This document shows, piece by piece, positions 25,045 to 38,847 of a stretch of DNA of 64,000 nt. The notes under the pieces were generated by a model. It was not told where the DNA came from. It saw nothing but the letters and a program-made list of their open reading frames with translations, and did no database searches. Source of the DNA: Carcharhinus amblyrhynchos (taxonomy: Eukaryota); assembly GCA_965287045.1 (NCBI GenBank), contig OZ336885.1, positions 63,302,001 through 63,366,000 of the forward strand, in the 5' to 3' direction. Each line of letters begins with the position of its first letter. Positions within the stretch are counted from its first letter, which is position 1. The position numbers were made by a program, and so were the translations under genes.

Positions 25045-25634
25045 AGTAAGAAGTCTCACAACACCAGGTTAAAGTCCAACAGGTTTATTCGATAGCAAAT
25101 GCCACTAGCTTTCGGAGCGCTGGTCCTTTGTCAGGTGAGTGGGTGATCTGTATGTAAAGCCACAAACTCAATTTACAGAATAATGATTGGAATGCTGGCA
25201 TTTACAGATAATCAAGTCTTAAAGGTACAGGCAATGTGAGTGGAGAGAGCATTAAGCACAGGGTAAAGAGATGTATGATGTCTCCAGACAGGGCAATTAG
25301 CGAAATTTTGCCAATCCAGGCAGATAGTGGAGGATACAGGTAGTGTGACATGACCCCAAGATTCCAGTTGAGGTCGTCCTCATTCGTGCAGAAATTGGTT
25401 CTCAGCCTGTGCTCAGCGACTCTACATTCACATTGTCAGTACGTTTAAGATTTGGTTAGCTGTAAAGTCCGGTATTCAGTCACTAATCTGTAAATTGGGT
25501 TTGCACCTTTATATGCCCTATTTGTGAACAGATCTCCCACTCACCTGACGAAAGAACAGCAGTCCGAAAGCTAGTGATGTTTGCTATCAAATAAACCTGT
25601 TGGCCTTTAACCTGGTGTTGTGACACGTCTTACT
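25045..25634 (-). mobile_element. Penelope-like element remnant with ~115-bp inverted terminal repeats
   Basis: 25045-25160 is the reverse complement of about 25515-25634. The interior on the minus strand encodes a decayed endonuclease C-terminus (VAEHRLRTNFCTNEDDLNWNLGVMSHY). Hammerhead-like CTGANGA..CGAAA motifs lie in the arms. Confidence 0.88.
25538..25576 (+). ncRNA. Degenerate minimal hammerhead ribozyme motif in a Penelope terminal repeat; second copy at 25103-25141 on the minus strand
   Basis: cactcacCTGACGAaagaacagcagtcCGAAAgctagtg; minus copy ctcacCTGACAAaggaccagcgctcCGAAAgctagtg. Confidence 0.6.
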
Positions 25635-26765
25635 TCAAATCTAACCGCATGCATTATGGACATAATGTCTATTTTCATCTCTCCCCAAGATCGTTTGGCG
25701 AAATAAAGATAGATAAATTTCAGATATCATCTGGACCAACGTCAGCAGTTGTGGGCCAATAGCATCTGCACACCCATCGTGGGTAAGGTGGCAGTGACTG
25801 CAGACAAATTGAAAGGGAAGGAAAACCATGGGGTACAATGCTAATTAGACTCACATTGCTATTGTCATTCAACTTTGCACCAGTGAAACGTCACCAGTTG
25901 CCTAAAAGTCAAAAACACTTCAACATCAGTTTAAGGAATCAGGCATGTCAGCATTGTCTCATTGGATGGCCAAAACCCTTATGCAAAATAATGCAGCATA
26001 TTCATGTGCATTCTGAAGAATGCATTTATTTATTCATGCATGTTAATTTTGCAACTGAAAACGCTTGGTTATCAGCAAAGACAACAGCTTAAACTCTAAA
26101 GTCCATGTTAAAAATGTACGTGGATATTTTTCACTTTGTCGCGCAGCTCAATAATTGCAAAGACAGTATATTTCCATGCTGAAATATTGGGACCCATTAC
26201 CCAGCAGCTCGCAACACTACGTGCATCAAAGAGTACATTGAATAGCATCCATAATACCCCTTGATGTTTGGTATGCTACTGATAGAACGATTGGGAGATC
26301 AAATCCTACACCATTGAACAATTATATGGCATGCAGGTGTCAGTCGTTCCTAAAGGATTGTAATGACATCAGAATGTTTTCTTTCTCTTGAGGCAATAAA
26401 CCAATGGAGCGACAGCGTCGCTACTGTGGACAGAGATCACGATCATCATTATTGCTTTCACGTGAAAAAAAAACTGCTTGTTTTTCGTCGGAGTTTTACG
26501 AGTGTCCTAAGGATTAAAGTCTGCTACCCTCAATGATCTGTGATGTTTAGCTGTGCTTGTTAACATGGTGAGAAGTCTTTACGCCAGTCCAACGCCGGCA
26601 TACCCACATCTTGTTAACATGAACAGGTTTGCTCGGTCTGATGCAATCAAATTCATACGTTCTATTGTATCCCCGAACACATTTAATTTCCTCTAATGAT
26701 CCAAGGCAACTGAGGGTTACACAACGCGAATTCAGGAAACACATTTCACTTCATATTATTGTTAC

Positions 26766-26792
26766 CTGAATTCTTTTCGCGTGACTCCTCAT
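26766..26792 (-). CDS. 27-nt phase-1 microexon, DEESREKNS
   Basis: Minus strand: ctttcacgtttaacttatag|ATGAGGAGTCACGCGAAAAGAATTCAG|gtaaca. Confidence 0.7.
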
Positions 26793-28447
26793 CTATAAGT
26801 TAAACGTGAAAGTATTGAACGCACGATTGCAGATCACAACATTGTAATAATAATGCAATGCATCGCTCGTCATAACCAGTTGTTGGGACGAAGCGTCAAA
26901 TTCATGCGTATCTGCATTTTCAGGATTATTAGATGTTCTTTGTCTTTACGAGTGACTTAAACTGAAGGGAGCAAACACTTGTCGGAGGAAAAAAAATCCA
27001 TGCGACCCCATCAATATCGATATCCGCCATCGCTAATGCTGACCAGCAGGAAACTCACTGCGGTGAAGCTCACATCAAATCCCCGAAAAAATTGCCTAAA
27101 ATTTCGATTTGCAGCCGATTACGTAAAAGGATATGTAATGCTCCTCTGCATTAAGATGGTTGTCAGAATGATCAGGACTTGCAATCCAGCGGAAAGATTT
27201 TGAAGCTAAGCAAAGTTCAACTTTTTCGCAGCAAATGGCCAAACAGATGAATATTGTATCCGAATGAATAGACCTTGGTCACAATATCCATGATCCGGCA
27301 AGCGGCTTGTGGTATCAAAGTTGTCAAAATAGGTCCAAGTGTGACAAGTTTCGCTCCTGTATACAGGACGAATTCGATATTTGCTGCTCAGTGAAAGTCG
27401 CACAAGCCATTAAAAACATATCATTGTGCACGTTATACAATGAACTAATGATATGAGATATCAGGACTAATTACATATCTTTTGGAGGATCGTGATCTGG
27501 TGCATCCGCATATAAAATTTGAATTCTCTAACAACTTGATTCACAGCATCCCATGTGAGCGAAATGTAATTTGCACCATTTTTTGTCCTTTCGATGTGTG
27601 AAGACAGAACAACATGTTGTTTGCGATGACGAATGATTTAGCAGTCTGCCTGCAATTAGTCTAAGAAGGATCATGGGCTCCATTTTGAAACGAATTTGAT
27701 AGAAATCAAATTATTCGCATTGCTGTGGTAGATAAGAGAATCTCATACTATTTTGCACTTGAAATCCGGAGTCTTTGGCAGGGATGTCTTTTGAACAAAC
27801 AGTTGGAGCCAATGTTCCTTAGCTGGACATTGAAATTTCGACCAATTTGTTTACTCCAAAGTTATACCCTGGTACACTCATTTCCAAGATGGACAGAGAA
27901 CAAACGCAAGTAAAAGTTCAATAGCTGTATTAATAATAACACTATTAACCCTTAAAATACCCGTATAATACAAAAAGCTACGCCAGATTCACGAATACTG
28001 CCCACGGAGATAGTTTGGTGAAACTGCATGCTCGAATTTCTGAGTCCCTTTAGTCCGTCGTCATGAAGGAGAGTGATGACGGGACCTTCTTCATTCCTTT
28101 CTTCTCTGCTCAGTCTTCCAGATGGACAAGTTCGCCTCCCTCGTCGAGTCTTCACTGTTGTTGTGTCTGAAATGTATATCTTTACCCTCCTACTTGCCTG
28201 CATTTCCAGAAACTTCTCTGGTTTCAGACCAGTCAGATCTTGGGAAGGTGGTCCCAGGATCCCGTCAGTTTCTTGATGTCTGCTTGACATTAAGGGCACC
28301 GGGACTTTCCCTCCAAGTTTCCATCTTCATGTTGTTGCTTACATGTAACCTGTTGCCAGATAAGCGTACGCAGGAACTCTAGGTGACAGAAAGTCTAGCC
28401 CCTATCTGGATTTCTAACAATGGGCCAGTGCATTCCAATGGGAATGC

Positions 28448-29010
28448 ACCTACCTCACTAGCAACGAGTTCCACGCATCCACTGTTGTCTGTGTAAAAAA
28501 AAAATCTGCCCCGTACATCCCCTTTAAAACTTGCACTTGCACCATATATCTCAGCCCCCTGGTTATTGACGTTTCCACCCTGGTGAAAATGTTCTGGCTA
28601 TCCATTCGGTCCACGCCTCTTATTATCTTGTAGACTGCTATCAGGTCTCTCCTCAAACTCCGTCGCTCCAGTGAAAACAAACCAACCTTCTCTAACATCT
28701 CCACATAGCTAATGCCCTCCATGCCAGGCAACACCCTGGTAAATATTTTCTGTTCCTTCTCCAAATCCTCCACATCCTTCTGGCAGTGTGGCCTCCAGAA
28801 TTGAACATTATATTCGAAGTGCAGCCGAACTAAGGTTCTATAAAGCTGCAGCATGACTTGCCAATTTTTAAACTCAATAACCTGGACGACGAATGCAAGA
28901 ACATCATATGCCTTCTTGACTACCATCTCCACCTGCATTGCTACTTTCAGTGACCTGGGTACCTGTACACCCAGATCCCTTTTGCGACTAATATTCTTAA
29001 GGGTTCTGCC
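28448..29010 (-). mobile_element. CR1 ORF2 C-terminal fragment
   Basis: RDLGVQVPRSLKVA.QV...LVRLHFEY.VQFW...LRRDLIAVYKI. Confidence 0.93.
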
Positions 29011-29999
29011 ATTTTCAATATGGAATGCTGTATAGAGATGATACATGATTTCAAATGCACCAAGTACAAAACACATCACTGGAAGCAGTTATCAATTTTG
29101 CAATGTAAAAGGTAGATTCTTGTGTATTGAAACCAAATTTGTTCCAACAGTAAGATGAATCCATTAGTTTCGAAGTAAGAGCAGAATCTAATATAAAAGG
29201 TACATAAACACAGATACTACCTTGATCTATTGCAGGGGAATTTTTTTTCCACATGGGAATTGTTCTTCTGATTTTGGTGAATGATGTGCTTTTGTCACAA
29301 TCGGCATCTTACAACAGACATAACGGAGGACAACCCCTTTGAATTCAGCATCGTGTGAAGGTGGACACTTGCCGTTGAATCGAGATACAGCAGTCATTTT
29401 TGGATCGCTATACATGAGTTTGCTAAACAACAGCATGATAAAACACATTGTAGCATGTTTCGGTTTATAAGAGGATAATTATGTCTCGGTGTGCAACAAC
29501 TTTTAGTGACAACTGTGTACGATTTACAGTCTTAAGTAGAACCTATGTACCGCGACATGAGATTGGTATAATTCAAGTTCTAATGCAAATTCCTGATGAG
29601 TATGAACGTGGCGTTTGTAAGAGGACTATTTATGCAGATAAGGATCACCTTGTACATTAAGTATGTTGGAGACTTACGCCTACACCTTCAGTGTATTTTT
29701 TTGTTACATTGTACTCCTGAACTGAATCTAAATTTGATTCAACTACCTCATCTCCACCAGTGGTATATTCTGGCCCTGTGAATAATCTTGGATCTCAAAA
29801 TGGTTTAATAATAACTGATGCAATGAGGAAACTGTATGACAATATTTGTAAAGCAGGAGTACCACTTATATTGGATTTCACTAAAATGCATTGACTTGAT
29901 CGCTGCCCCGCTCAACATCGGGAGTTTTTCTGTAATTTAACAAAGAATTTGATCAATCGTCAAGTGAAAAGTGCAAAGCAAAAATGGTTTTCTTGTTAA

Positions 30000-30900
30000 G
30001 GTCACCAGAAGAGGAAGTTAATCAATGATTGGCAATGCTAAAAAGGCAGGAGTATACACGGTTAACACTTTCGATTGGCAAATTTGGGCATTCAACTTCA
30101 ACCATTAACGTGGCAGGTTAAGCAAATAATGGCTGAAGTAAGTAACAATAATCAGGGTTTTTTTTAACAACGTGCTGATAAAGACATAGTGGATGTGTTA
30201 TAAGGACATGCTAAAAAAAACAATTTATTAAAGACTAGGTGATTGATGACAGGAAGCCACAGAATAGAATCTTATGTGGTGTTTATGACAATTGAATGTG
30301 AAAGCAACTTAGAGATCGTTTGGAATAAGCCAATTTGGGGACCATACTTTCCTGGATTAAAAATGTACAGTTTGATAATTGGAGTCTTAAACAAAGATTT
30401 AATAATATTTTCTGATGTCAGTTTCGACAATTAGCTAAGATTTGGTTTGCGGATAATTGGAGTGGAAAGTTACGTTAAACGTTAGGATTAATTGCGGGGA
30501 TTCAAATCAATCCAATGATGGATTCAATGGGATGGAGAGTAGCCGAGGCTCAGAACATGGACACAATATGGATTGCATGTGGATGGGCTATGATAATGAT
30601 TTACTTTATGTTAGAGAAAAAAGAGGGAAATTTGGTGGGTACTATTGAAGCGAGTGCCAACAATCAGCAAGAGTAATTGCTTGCCCATATCCCATATATT
30701 CAAATGAACAGGCTTTGTGTAGGTTTAATGTTGATGACAATAGAAATTGTACAATGGAAGTTAGGTGTCTAGATACAGACATTACTGAAGTATCTTACAG
30801 AGGAAAGGGTGAGTATTGCATTACTTCCTCGTTAGACCATGATCTGTGCTTTGGCTTGAAATGTCACTCGCAGTAGGCGCTTTGTTACTCCACAACTGCC
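30000..30900 (+). mobile_element. Very old CR1-like remnant
   Basis: Faint RT-like blocks (atagtggatgtg; aattagctaagatttgg; aaagttacgttaaacgttagg). Boundaries uncertain. Confidence 0.4.
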
Positions 30901-33239
30901 AGTGAAAATAGGATATACTGAATTGGTTGAAATACACCTAAGACAAAAAAAAAATCAAAATGAAATGCAAATGAAATACAAGACATTTTAGGTGAATATG
31001 TTGAGGAATAATAATATCAGTGTCAACCTACGACCTGATCATTTGGCGTACATAAAAACACGTATAATTGCAGATTCACAAATTTTCATTCAAGTGAAAC
31101 AAACTAGCAAGACTATTGATCAGATTATCAAGAATACAAAGTAGAATCGTATATGTGATGATTACATGAATTGGGCTTCCAATCTATAAATGCATCCTTA
31201 TGCCCGAATAGCATCTCATGTTGCAGTATGTATAATTTTGTGTGCTTCATTGTATAAGATTGTGCTAACAATAAGATACATAAAGTGAACGAACGGCATA
31301 ACCAAACATTGAATGAGGAAAGATGCTTGCATGAGAAATTGAGTTGTGTGTAATACCTTAAATGATTTATGTATTATGACTTTAATGCATGTAACGTGAA
31401 TTAATTTAGTGATTGGTTTGAGGTTTGGTCATGGCCCCTGATCCATTTCGCTGTATTCTCAAGGATCAAGAGGAAGGACTGTTGCTGAATGGAATTTTAA
31501 CTTTTTGATAGGCTAAAAGTTATTCAATCAAGCAGACCTGATATTTTTTTCAGCATGCTGGATTTTCCTTTTGGCTAGTGGCCTGGAACTTGTCAGAGGA
31601 CACAAGTTGTTAGATTCAACAGCATGCCCTTGGAAGGGATGAGTTGTGAGCAGACATTTGCAGCCAATGATCCTTAGCTGGGTGCTGTAATGTAATCGAA
31701 ATTAGAGGATGAAGCCTGAAGCGAGAAGTGATGCTGTGGTTGGATTCGTTTGGCCTAATCGAACGACACAATTGTTTTTCTGGTCAATTCACTGGCTGAT
31801 TACTACGGAAACTTCTGAGTTTCAATTCTGCTAACACAAAGTGCTTGTGCAGAAAGGCAGTATGTAGAATCCGGGAACCAAACTCAGAAGAAAAGACATC
31901 TGGGAGGAGACGTGTGCAAAGAACTGATTCTATGTGACAAAAAAAAAATCTGACCAGGTTTTAACTGCAAACGGAAATGAACCTTAAGTTAAGAAAAAGA
32001 ACAGATACCGGGTGTTTGGTTCATGCATTGTAAAAAAAAGGTGTTTAAATCGCCACAGAATAAAGAAAATCGTGTTGAACTATTTAAAGTCGACTTTGTG
32101 TCATTATTCGCTGCAGAGCTTAAAACACGTACGTTTGAACAACACCAGTAACGGGTGAATTGATAAACAGAGTTAGATTCATTAGCCAAGATTCATTTCT
32201 CATTTTTTCAAGTTTGTATTTGTGAAGAAAAAGTCCTCAGTGTACGCAATCCTAAGTGTATGTTAATGGGACCAGCATTGCAAATTGTCACAAACGATTT
32301 AATGATATGTTGACAAACATCTTCATAGTATTAATGGAAGTTTCAACTTATCCGTTTTATTCACCGTCTATTTTTTCCTTTAATTCGAGATCTAAAACGA
32401 AAAGAAAAGGAAAGCACCGTGAAATGAAGCAACATGTGTCATTCAAAATTGTCTCCAGTGGTGAACTCTGTAACATTAAAATCAAAGCACAACCTATTAA
32501 TTCGAAAAGATATGTGATCAGGATATAATTATGTACAAATTATTTTTGTTACAACAAATCAGAAACGCAACTCAAAAAATATCAGGTGCTAATCCGAAAA
32601 CATCTGCGCAAAAATCACGGCATTTTTTTTAGCTTGGAATTTCGTCAACAAGTTTAAAATGGTATCCTTTTTTCGTGTACACAGTAGCTTTCAAGTCTTT
32701 TTTTCCCGAATATCTGCAAAACCCTTTTTTGTCATTCTAGCAGCCGCAGTAACATGTTTTATATCTTAATACATGCTGGTTACACTCGGAAAATTTAACT
32801 GAACTTCGCAGAAGATATTAAACGTTAAAAACTAAATTATTTGCCCATTGCCATGTTAGTTCAGGGACACATTCAGTCATCTTCCATTATCTGGCTCAAT
32901 ACAGCATCTCTTAATGATGGACCTGGTGGAAAAAAAAACGTCTGTCATGCGTTGAGATTTCACCAGAGCCTCAGTTGGAACAGGTTTTCGCTGAAATTTG
33001 AATTTTCCAAAATTTTCTGATGTTTGAAAAAAAAGACAATTTTTTTTTCATCTAAAAATATTACAGCTGGGTCAAGCAAACATATGAACAGTTTTGTAGA
33101 TCAGCGGTAGAAACTTTCTGTTTAAAATGTATTTCTTTAGTGACACAGTAGGCACACATTAATACTGAAAATAGTTTACAGTGAATATCCCCAAAGAAAC
33201 CACATTCCAAAGTACGTTCGAGAACACCGAAAGAGAATT

Positions 33240-33425
33240 GATCATCACAAACGCATCTAACCCGCACGCCCTTCGGAATGTGGGATGAAACTTCACCAAC
33301 CACAGGAAACCAATGCAAAAACGGGGAAATGCGCAAACTACGCGCACAAAGTGATCAAGCCCTGATTCGAACCTCAGCGACTGTGAAGCAGCAATGCTGA
33401 TCACTTGGCACAGTGCTTCCCCACT
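33240..33425 (-). mobile_element. HE1-like SINE, 5' half
   Basis: Reverse complement of the tRNA head (gattcgaacc...gctgatcacttggcac) and of the V core. Confidence 0.8.
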
Positions 33426-33875
33426 GGACAATCTCACACGATCGTCGTCTTGGAAAAGTTCAAATTAGTGAATTAGCTTCAGGATTTATGGATTTCATGA
33501 AATCGTGTGTAATTTGAAGCTTATGAATAGTAGTACAAGTCGACGGCAAGGGACACTGGAGAAAAGGTAGATCCGACAGTAATCGTAACGTTGCTTCACA
33601 CTGCCAAATGCCATTTCTTGCAAGTTGAATTGACATGTTTAAATCTTGAACATTTAAAACAAGAGGAAGTCCCTGCTGTGTTAGGTCACGGATCAACGAG
33701 GAACATGTGCATATGAGAATAATGTCAATAAGCGCAAAGAAAAATAAATGTCCCAGAACGGGAACAGCATCAGGCACAGGATATCACAGGGAAAAAAGAA
33801 TCAATCTTTTGAACATTTAACAGAGCTCTTTTTAAGAGAATAAGTTTCATCTACTCAATGAATATCCATCCTTAC

Positions 33876-33890
33876 CTTTCTTTGCTTTAT
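33876..33890 (-). CDS. 15-nt phase-1 microexon, DKAKK
   Basis: Minus strand: tttttgaacttcttcacag|ATAAAGCAAAGAAAG|gtaagg. Strong splice sites; purine-rich and frame-preserving. Confidence 0.68.
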
Positions 33891-34689
33891 CTGTGAAGAA
33901 GTTCAAAAATACGGTATGTTACAGACCACTCCACACCGCCTTGAGCATGTCATTACAACATCCAGTAAATAAAGCAGAACGAAAATAAGATCAAAAAAAT
34001 ATATGTAGAGGATTCGAACATTAATTCATGGACGCTAATCAGCAATGAACGGCATCGTGGCTGTCTGTATAATCATTCCACATTTCCACAATGAGCAGAT
34101 ACAAGTCAATGCTACAAAATAATATTGATTTCAACGTCAAGCAGCCGATTTCGAAAGGAAAGTCCGCACTTTTACAAGCGCTGCGATCTTCAATTTGAGA
34201 GTTCCATTCCATATTCGTTAAATGTCTCTGTCGCTGCTCATTTGAAGCATTTCGGATACCTGCACTTTCTTACATTCTTATTATCTTAAATCGTCAGCGA
34301 ATTTTAAACTGGACAATTCACATTAATAAGAATAAAACAACTGCAGTGATATAACAGTGGAGCTGAACAAAGAAATGAAGCTAAGCGTATGTTAGTACGT
34401 TCTAAATGTTACTTGACATAACATTTGTGAGAAGACGGTTCGCGTGCTTTCGCTAGACGGAAAATGTAGTCGCAACTGTTGTCTGAATTATGCATCCATA
34501 TTTGTAACATTTAAAATGCATCTAAGGAAATAAAGAGATAAGGACAAGTAAGGGAAAAACGTTTTTCTTTAGTTCAGTTCGGAATCATTACTGAGATGTA
34601 TTTCGAGGGCAGAAGGACATGTTCCTGTGCTGTATTATATTATTTTATTTACCCGTCCTGTGATATGTGTTCAGAGTTCTTAAAAAGTT

Positions 34690-34770
34690 CACCTGTACTC
34701 GAATCGTTGGCTCTATTTCCCTCCACAGATGCTGTCAGACCTGCTGAGATTTTCGAGTATGGTCTGTTTC
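34690..34770 (+). mobile_element. Short terminal fragment of a common shark repeat, probably Penelope-type
   Basis: ctccacagatgctgtcagacctgctgagattttc motif, recognised from memory of shark repeats. Confidence 0.55.
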
Positions 34771-35399
34771 CGAGGTTAACAAAGCTCATGCTGACACTGA
34801 GTGAATAAAGGGGGAATAGCGTATAAAAGAAAACTCTGAAAACTTCATTAGAACGTTTTTCCATATCTCAGCAGGATATGGAAGATTACAGCGTATCAAC
34901 ATGTTAGGCATGTTACGCAAATTTGACAGGATCAAAATACGTCACAAAATAACACACCGAAACGGGGTTATAAATGTTGAGTCTGTGCATTTGTGTATCA
35001 CTTTGGGATCGAGCGACTCACCTGTAGCGTTTCAACCGGAGGCAACATGATTTCCCTTTCAAATACATAAGCGATAATTATCGTGCACCTAATTGTTGCA
35101 GTGTGCAATCAAGATTATTCGAGGGAGGGCCGCAACTGACTGCTGTTAGCACACTGGTCTTACAGTTTGACCATTAATCCAGAAGTCCATAGGGTTGCAC
35201 TCGTGAGCGAATTCGAAACCCATCGCAGCACATAATGGAAGGTAAGAACAAAATGAGATGTGATCTTGAAAACAGATCTTGTTCATGAAGTTGAATTCAT
35301 TATTCAGTTGTCGTAACCCACTACAGATATAAGAAATGAAAGAAACTGGACAAATCACCCTGTATCTAACTAAGCTGCGGGCATAATAACCCAGCCCTG

Positions 35400-35665
35400 T
35401 CATAGAATCATAGAACTCTACAGTGCACAAAGAGACTGCACAGACTCCATCGGGACTGCACAGACAACAAATCAACCCAGGCCCTACCCCCCACTTATTT
35501 TAGTTGCCAATCCCTCTAACCTACGCATCTCAGGAAACTAAGCGTTTTTTGTTTTAGCATGGCCAACCGCATTTACCCGCACATGTTTAGACTGTGGGAG
35601 GAAACCGGAGAACCCGGAGGAAACCCACGCACGCACGAGGAGAATATGCAAATTCAACTGTCGCC
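35400..35665 (-). mobile_element. HE1-type SINE
   Basis: gactgtgggaggaaaccggagaacccggaggaaacccacgca (V core, reverse complement) and catagaatcataga tail. Confidence 0.9.
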
Positions 35666-36084
35666 CGAGCAAAATCTTTATTTCAAAAATCGTGCAATTG
35701 TGTTAGAATCTGGAGAGCTGTCTCACAGTATTGTCACGGACTAGCATCCTGACGGACTGCTACGTTTTCGGCCACAGTTACTGCTGCACAGTCCCTTTTA
35801 AGCCGGAGGTTTTGTATTGTGTGGCATTACAATCTTGCTAAATGTGATGGACTTCAGATAGATCGACCAGCTCAAACTCATGCATGTGGCATTGCGGTTG
35901 ATCAGACACATACAGAATTGTACTTCAGTGCGCTGTGCAACCTCACATTTTATCGGTGATCAGAAACAATTTTTTTTTGCACATCAATTATAATATGCAA
36001 GCCCACGGAGTGTAATATCCATCAGTATACGCTTTCCACCAAACCAGGTGACCAAACCCAGCTGAATGTAAAATGCAGGCACAA

Positions 36085-36345
36085 TCATAGAAACTATAAA
36101 ATGCAAAAGAGACCATTCGTTCCACCCAATCTGCACTGACAACAACCCCACTTTGTTCCAACGACACAAAATGAGATATTAACTTTGCTCAATCTCCTGA
36201 TATGAAGAGGTAATTTAATTTTACCGATCTTCCTAACACGCGCATACTTGGAGTGTGAGTGGAAACTGGAAAATCCAGAGAAAACGCATACATGCATGAA
36301 GAAAACATACAAATTCCGTACGGGCACTGACCCAAGGATCACAGT
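36085..36345 (-). mobile_element. Decayed HE1-like SINE
   Basis: gagtgtgagtggaaactggaaaatccagagaaaacgcatac core and tcatagaaac tail. Confidence 0.7.
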
Positions 36346-36368
36346 TCAGTACGTCTTGATAAAGAATG

Positions 36369-36499
36369 NNNNNNNNNNNNNNNNNNNNNNNNNNNNNNNN
36401 NNNNNNNNNNNNNNNNNNNNNNNNNNNNNNNNNNNNNNNNNNNNNNNNNNNNNNNNNNNNNNNNNNNNNNNNNNNNNNNNNNNNNNNNNNNNNNNNNNN
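36369..36499. other. Assembly gap (131 N)
   Basis: Run of N. Confidence 1.
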
Positions 36500-37069
36500 T
36501 AACATAAAATGAAGAAAGTAATGGACGCATAAACTTCTTTCGAAATGGGAAAACGCTCAGGAAATCAGAAACATCCGCAAGAGACATGGGGTAATTGTTC
36601 ACGATTTTCTTAACGTTAACATGGAGGCTCAGTCGGCATTTAGGAAGGCAAATGAGATGTTACCATTCATGCTGAGAGTGTTAGAATGCAAGACCGTGGT
36701 TATACTTCTGAAGCTGTATAAGACCCTGTTCAGACCACATCTGGAGTATTGTGAGCAGTCTCTGGGTCCCTACATTAAGGAAGGATGTGCTGACCTTGGG
36801 AAGGGTTCAGAGAAGTTTCGCATGACTGATCCCTTGAATGAAAAGCTTGCCATATGACGAAAGACTGACAACCCTGTATCTGCACTCGTTGGAGCTTAAA
36901 AGAATGAAGGCGTGGAATGTGGGGCGGGAGGGGATTGGGCATCATATTGAAACTTACATGATGCTGCGAGGCCTGGATACTGTGGACATGGTGAGGGTGT
37001 CCTCACTAATCGGAAAAAAATAGAACCAGAAGGCACAATCTCAGGCTAAAGAGACAATCTCTTAAAACT
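36500..37069 (+). mobile_element. CR1 ORF2 C-terminal fragment
   Basis: RKANEML.F..LLKLYKTLFRPHLEYCEQ and IETYMMLRGLD. Confidence 0.9.
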
Positions 37070-38811
37070 GGCTAACCAGTCTATAATTTCCCGTCTGCTG
37101 CCTCTGTCTCTTCCAATACAGCGGATTTACATTCAATACTTTCCACTCCTCAGGTACCTTTTCTGTTTGCAGTGATTATTGAAAGATCACCACAATCTCC
37201 TGCACAATCTCCTCAGCTGTCTTTTGTATAACCCTGTGGGTGGTTCGAGATGGTTCATCCACCTTCAGACCCTTCAGTTTCCCGGAACTTTTTACTGAGT
37301 GATAGCCACTGCACTCAACTGTGACGGTGACTCTCCTGGAACTCTGGCATCCCACTGATGACATCCGCCTTGAAGACTGATGCACAAAAAATTGTTCAGT
37401 TCCTCTCCTATTGTTTTATTTCTTGTTGTTACTTCTCGAGCCTCATTTTCCGGTGGCCCAATGGCTATTTTTGCCTCTCTCTGTCCCTTAACGTTTACAT
37501 TTTGAAAAAAAAACTCTTCCTATCATCTGTTATATTGCAGAATAGATTACTCGCATTTGATCTGCTCGCCCCTACTTTTTTTTTATTTGTTTTCTGCTAA
37601 CTTTTAAATGTATCACACCCCTCTGGCTTCCCAATAATGCTTATCAATTGCATGTTCTTTTCATGTTGCTTCTTTGCTGTCCTTGATTCCTTCGTCTGCC
37701 ATGGATCTCACTCCCTCCCCTTAACATTTTTCCTCAATCTTGTGATGAGTTTATCTTGTCCTCCTCGCAGAACAATCAAACACTCCTGTCATTCCTAGTC
37801 TACTGCCTTCTCTGCTAGGCTACTTTCCAATCATCTCTGGCATCTCATCCCTTATGTTTTTGTAATTACTTTTATTTAAGTGTAATATCGTTCCATCTGA
37901 TTCTAATTTCTGTCTCTTCAACTGCTGGACAAAATCTATCATGTTGTGGTCACTGCTCACTAAAAGTTCGTTCAACTTAACCTCCCTCATCAAGTCTGCC
38001 TCCTTCCACATCATCAAATTCAGAATTGCCTGATCCTTACTCGGTTCTGTCACAAGCTGCTCCACAAAACATTCCACAAATTTCGTTCCTTGGGATCCAC
38101 TACTTACCTCATTTTCCGAGTCCAATGCATATTCAAATGTCCCATGCTTATTATAAAATTAAATATTTTTACATGTCTCTCCTATCGCCTGATTTATTTT
38201 TAGCCCTGCATCATGACTTCTGCTGGGGAAATACGGTGAGGGGATGCTTTGCATGTCTCCCTAGCGTTTTTTTGTTTTCCTTTGCGATTCGTCAGCTCTA
38301 CCCAGTGAGACTCTGTGCCTTCAGAACCTATATCACTTCTTGCTTACGATTTAACATAATTCATCACCAACAATGTAACCCTGCCCCTTTTGCCCATCTG
38401 CCTGTCCTTCCAATAGGACACATGGCCTTGGATATTTAGATGCCAGCCCTGATCCCCGTGCAGCATGTCTCTGTGATGTCTACAACTGGACCAGCCAATG
38501 TCAATCTGTGCAGTAAACTCAATTACCTTGTTCCAAACAGTGCAGGAATTTAGGTATAACACCCTCCGTCTTGGATTGACCACCTCTCTTCTCAGACTTG
38601 TGTTCTGTTTGCTCTGCTTGAGTTTAGATTCCTGCCACTTCCTATACTCTCTATTATATTGCGTGGCCTAGAACCTTTAGCAACTTCTGCTGTACCGTCG
38701 GCTCCATTAACCTGATCTTCAACCCTCTCCTTTAGCTTTGTTTTTTTTTAATCTCCGTACAACTGAGCTCTCCTCCGCCTCTTCTCCCGCTTCTCCCACC
38801 CCCTTCCACCC

Positions 38812-38847
<36 letters not shown>

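Noticed and set aside
27952-28382. Overlapping ORFs of 67-115 aa in unique sequence
   Set aside because: No recognisable domain or convincing splice sites, and an in-frame stop lies shortly upstream of the longest ORF.
32964-32990. 27-nt AG/GT block on the minus strand (CGAAAACC...CTCTG)
   Set aside because: Stop in phase 1 and weak donor CTG|gtgaaa.
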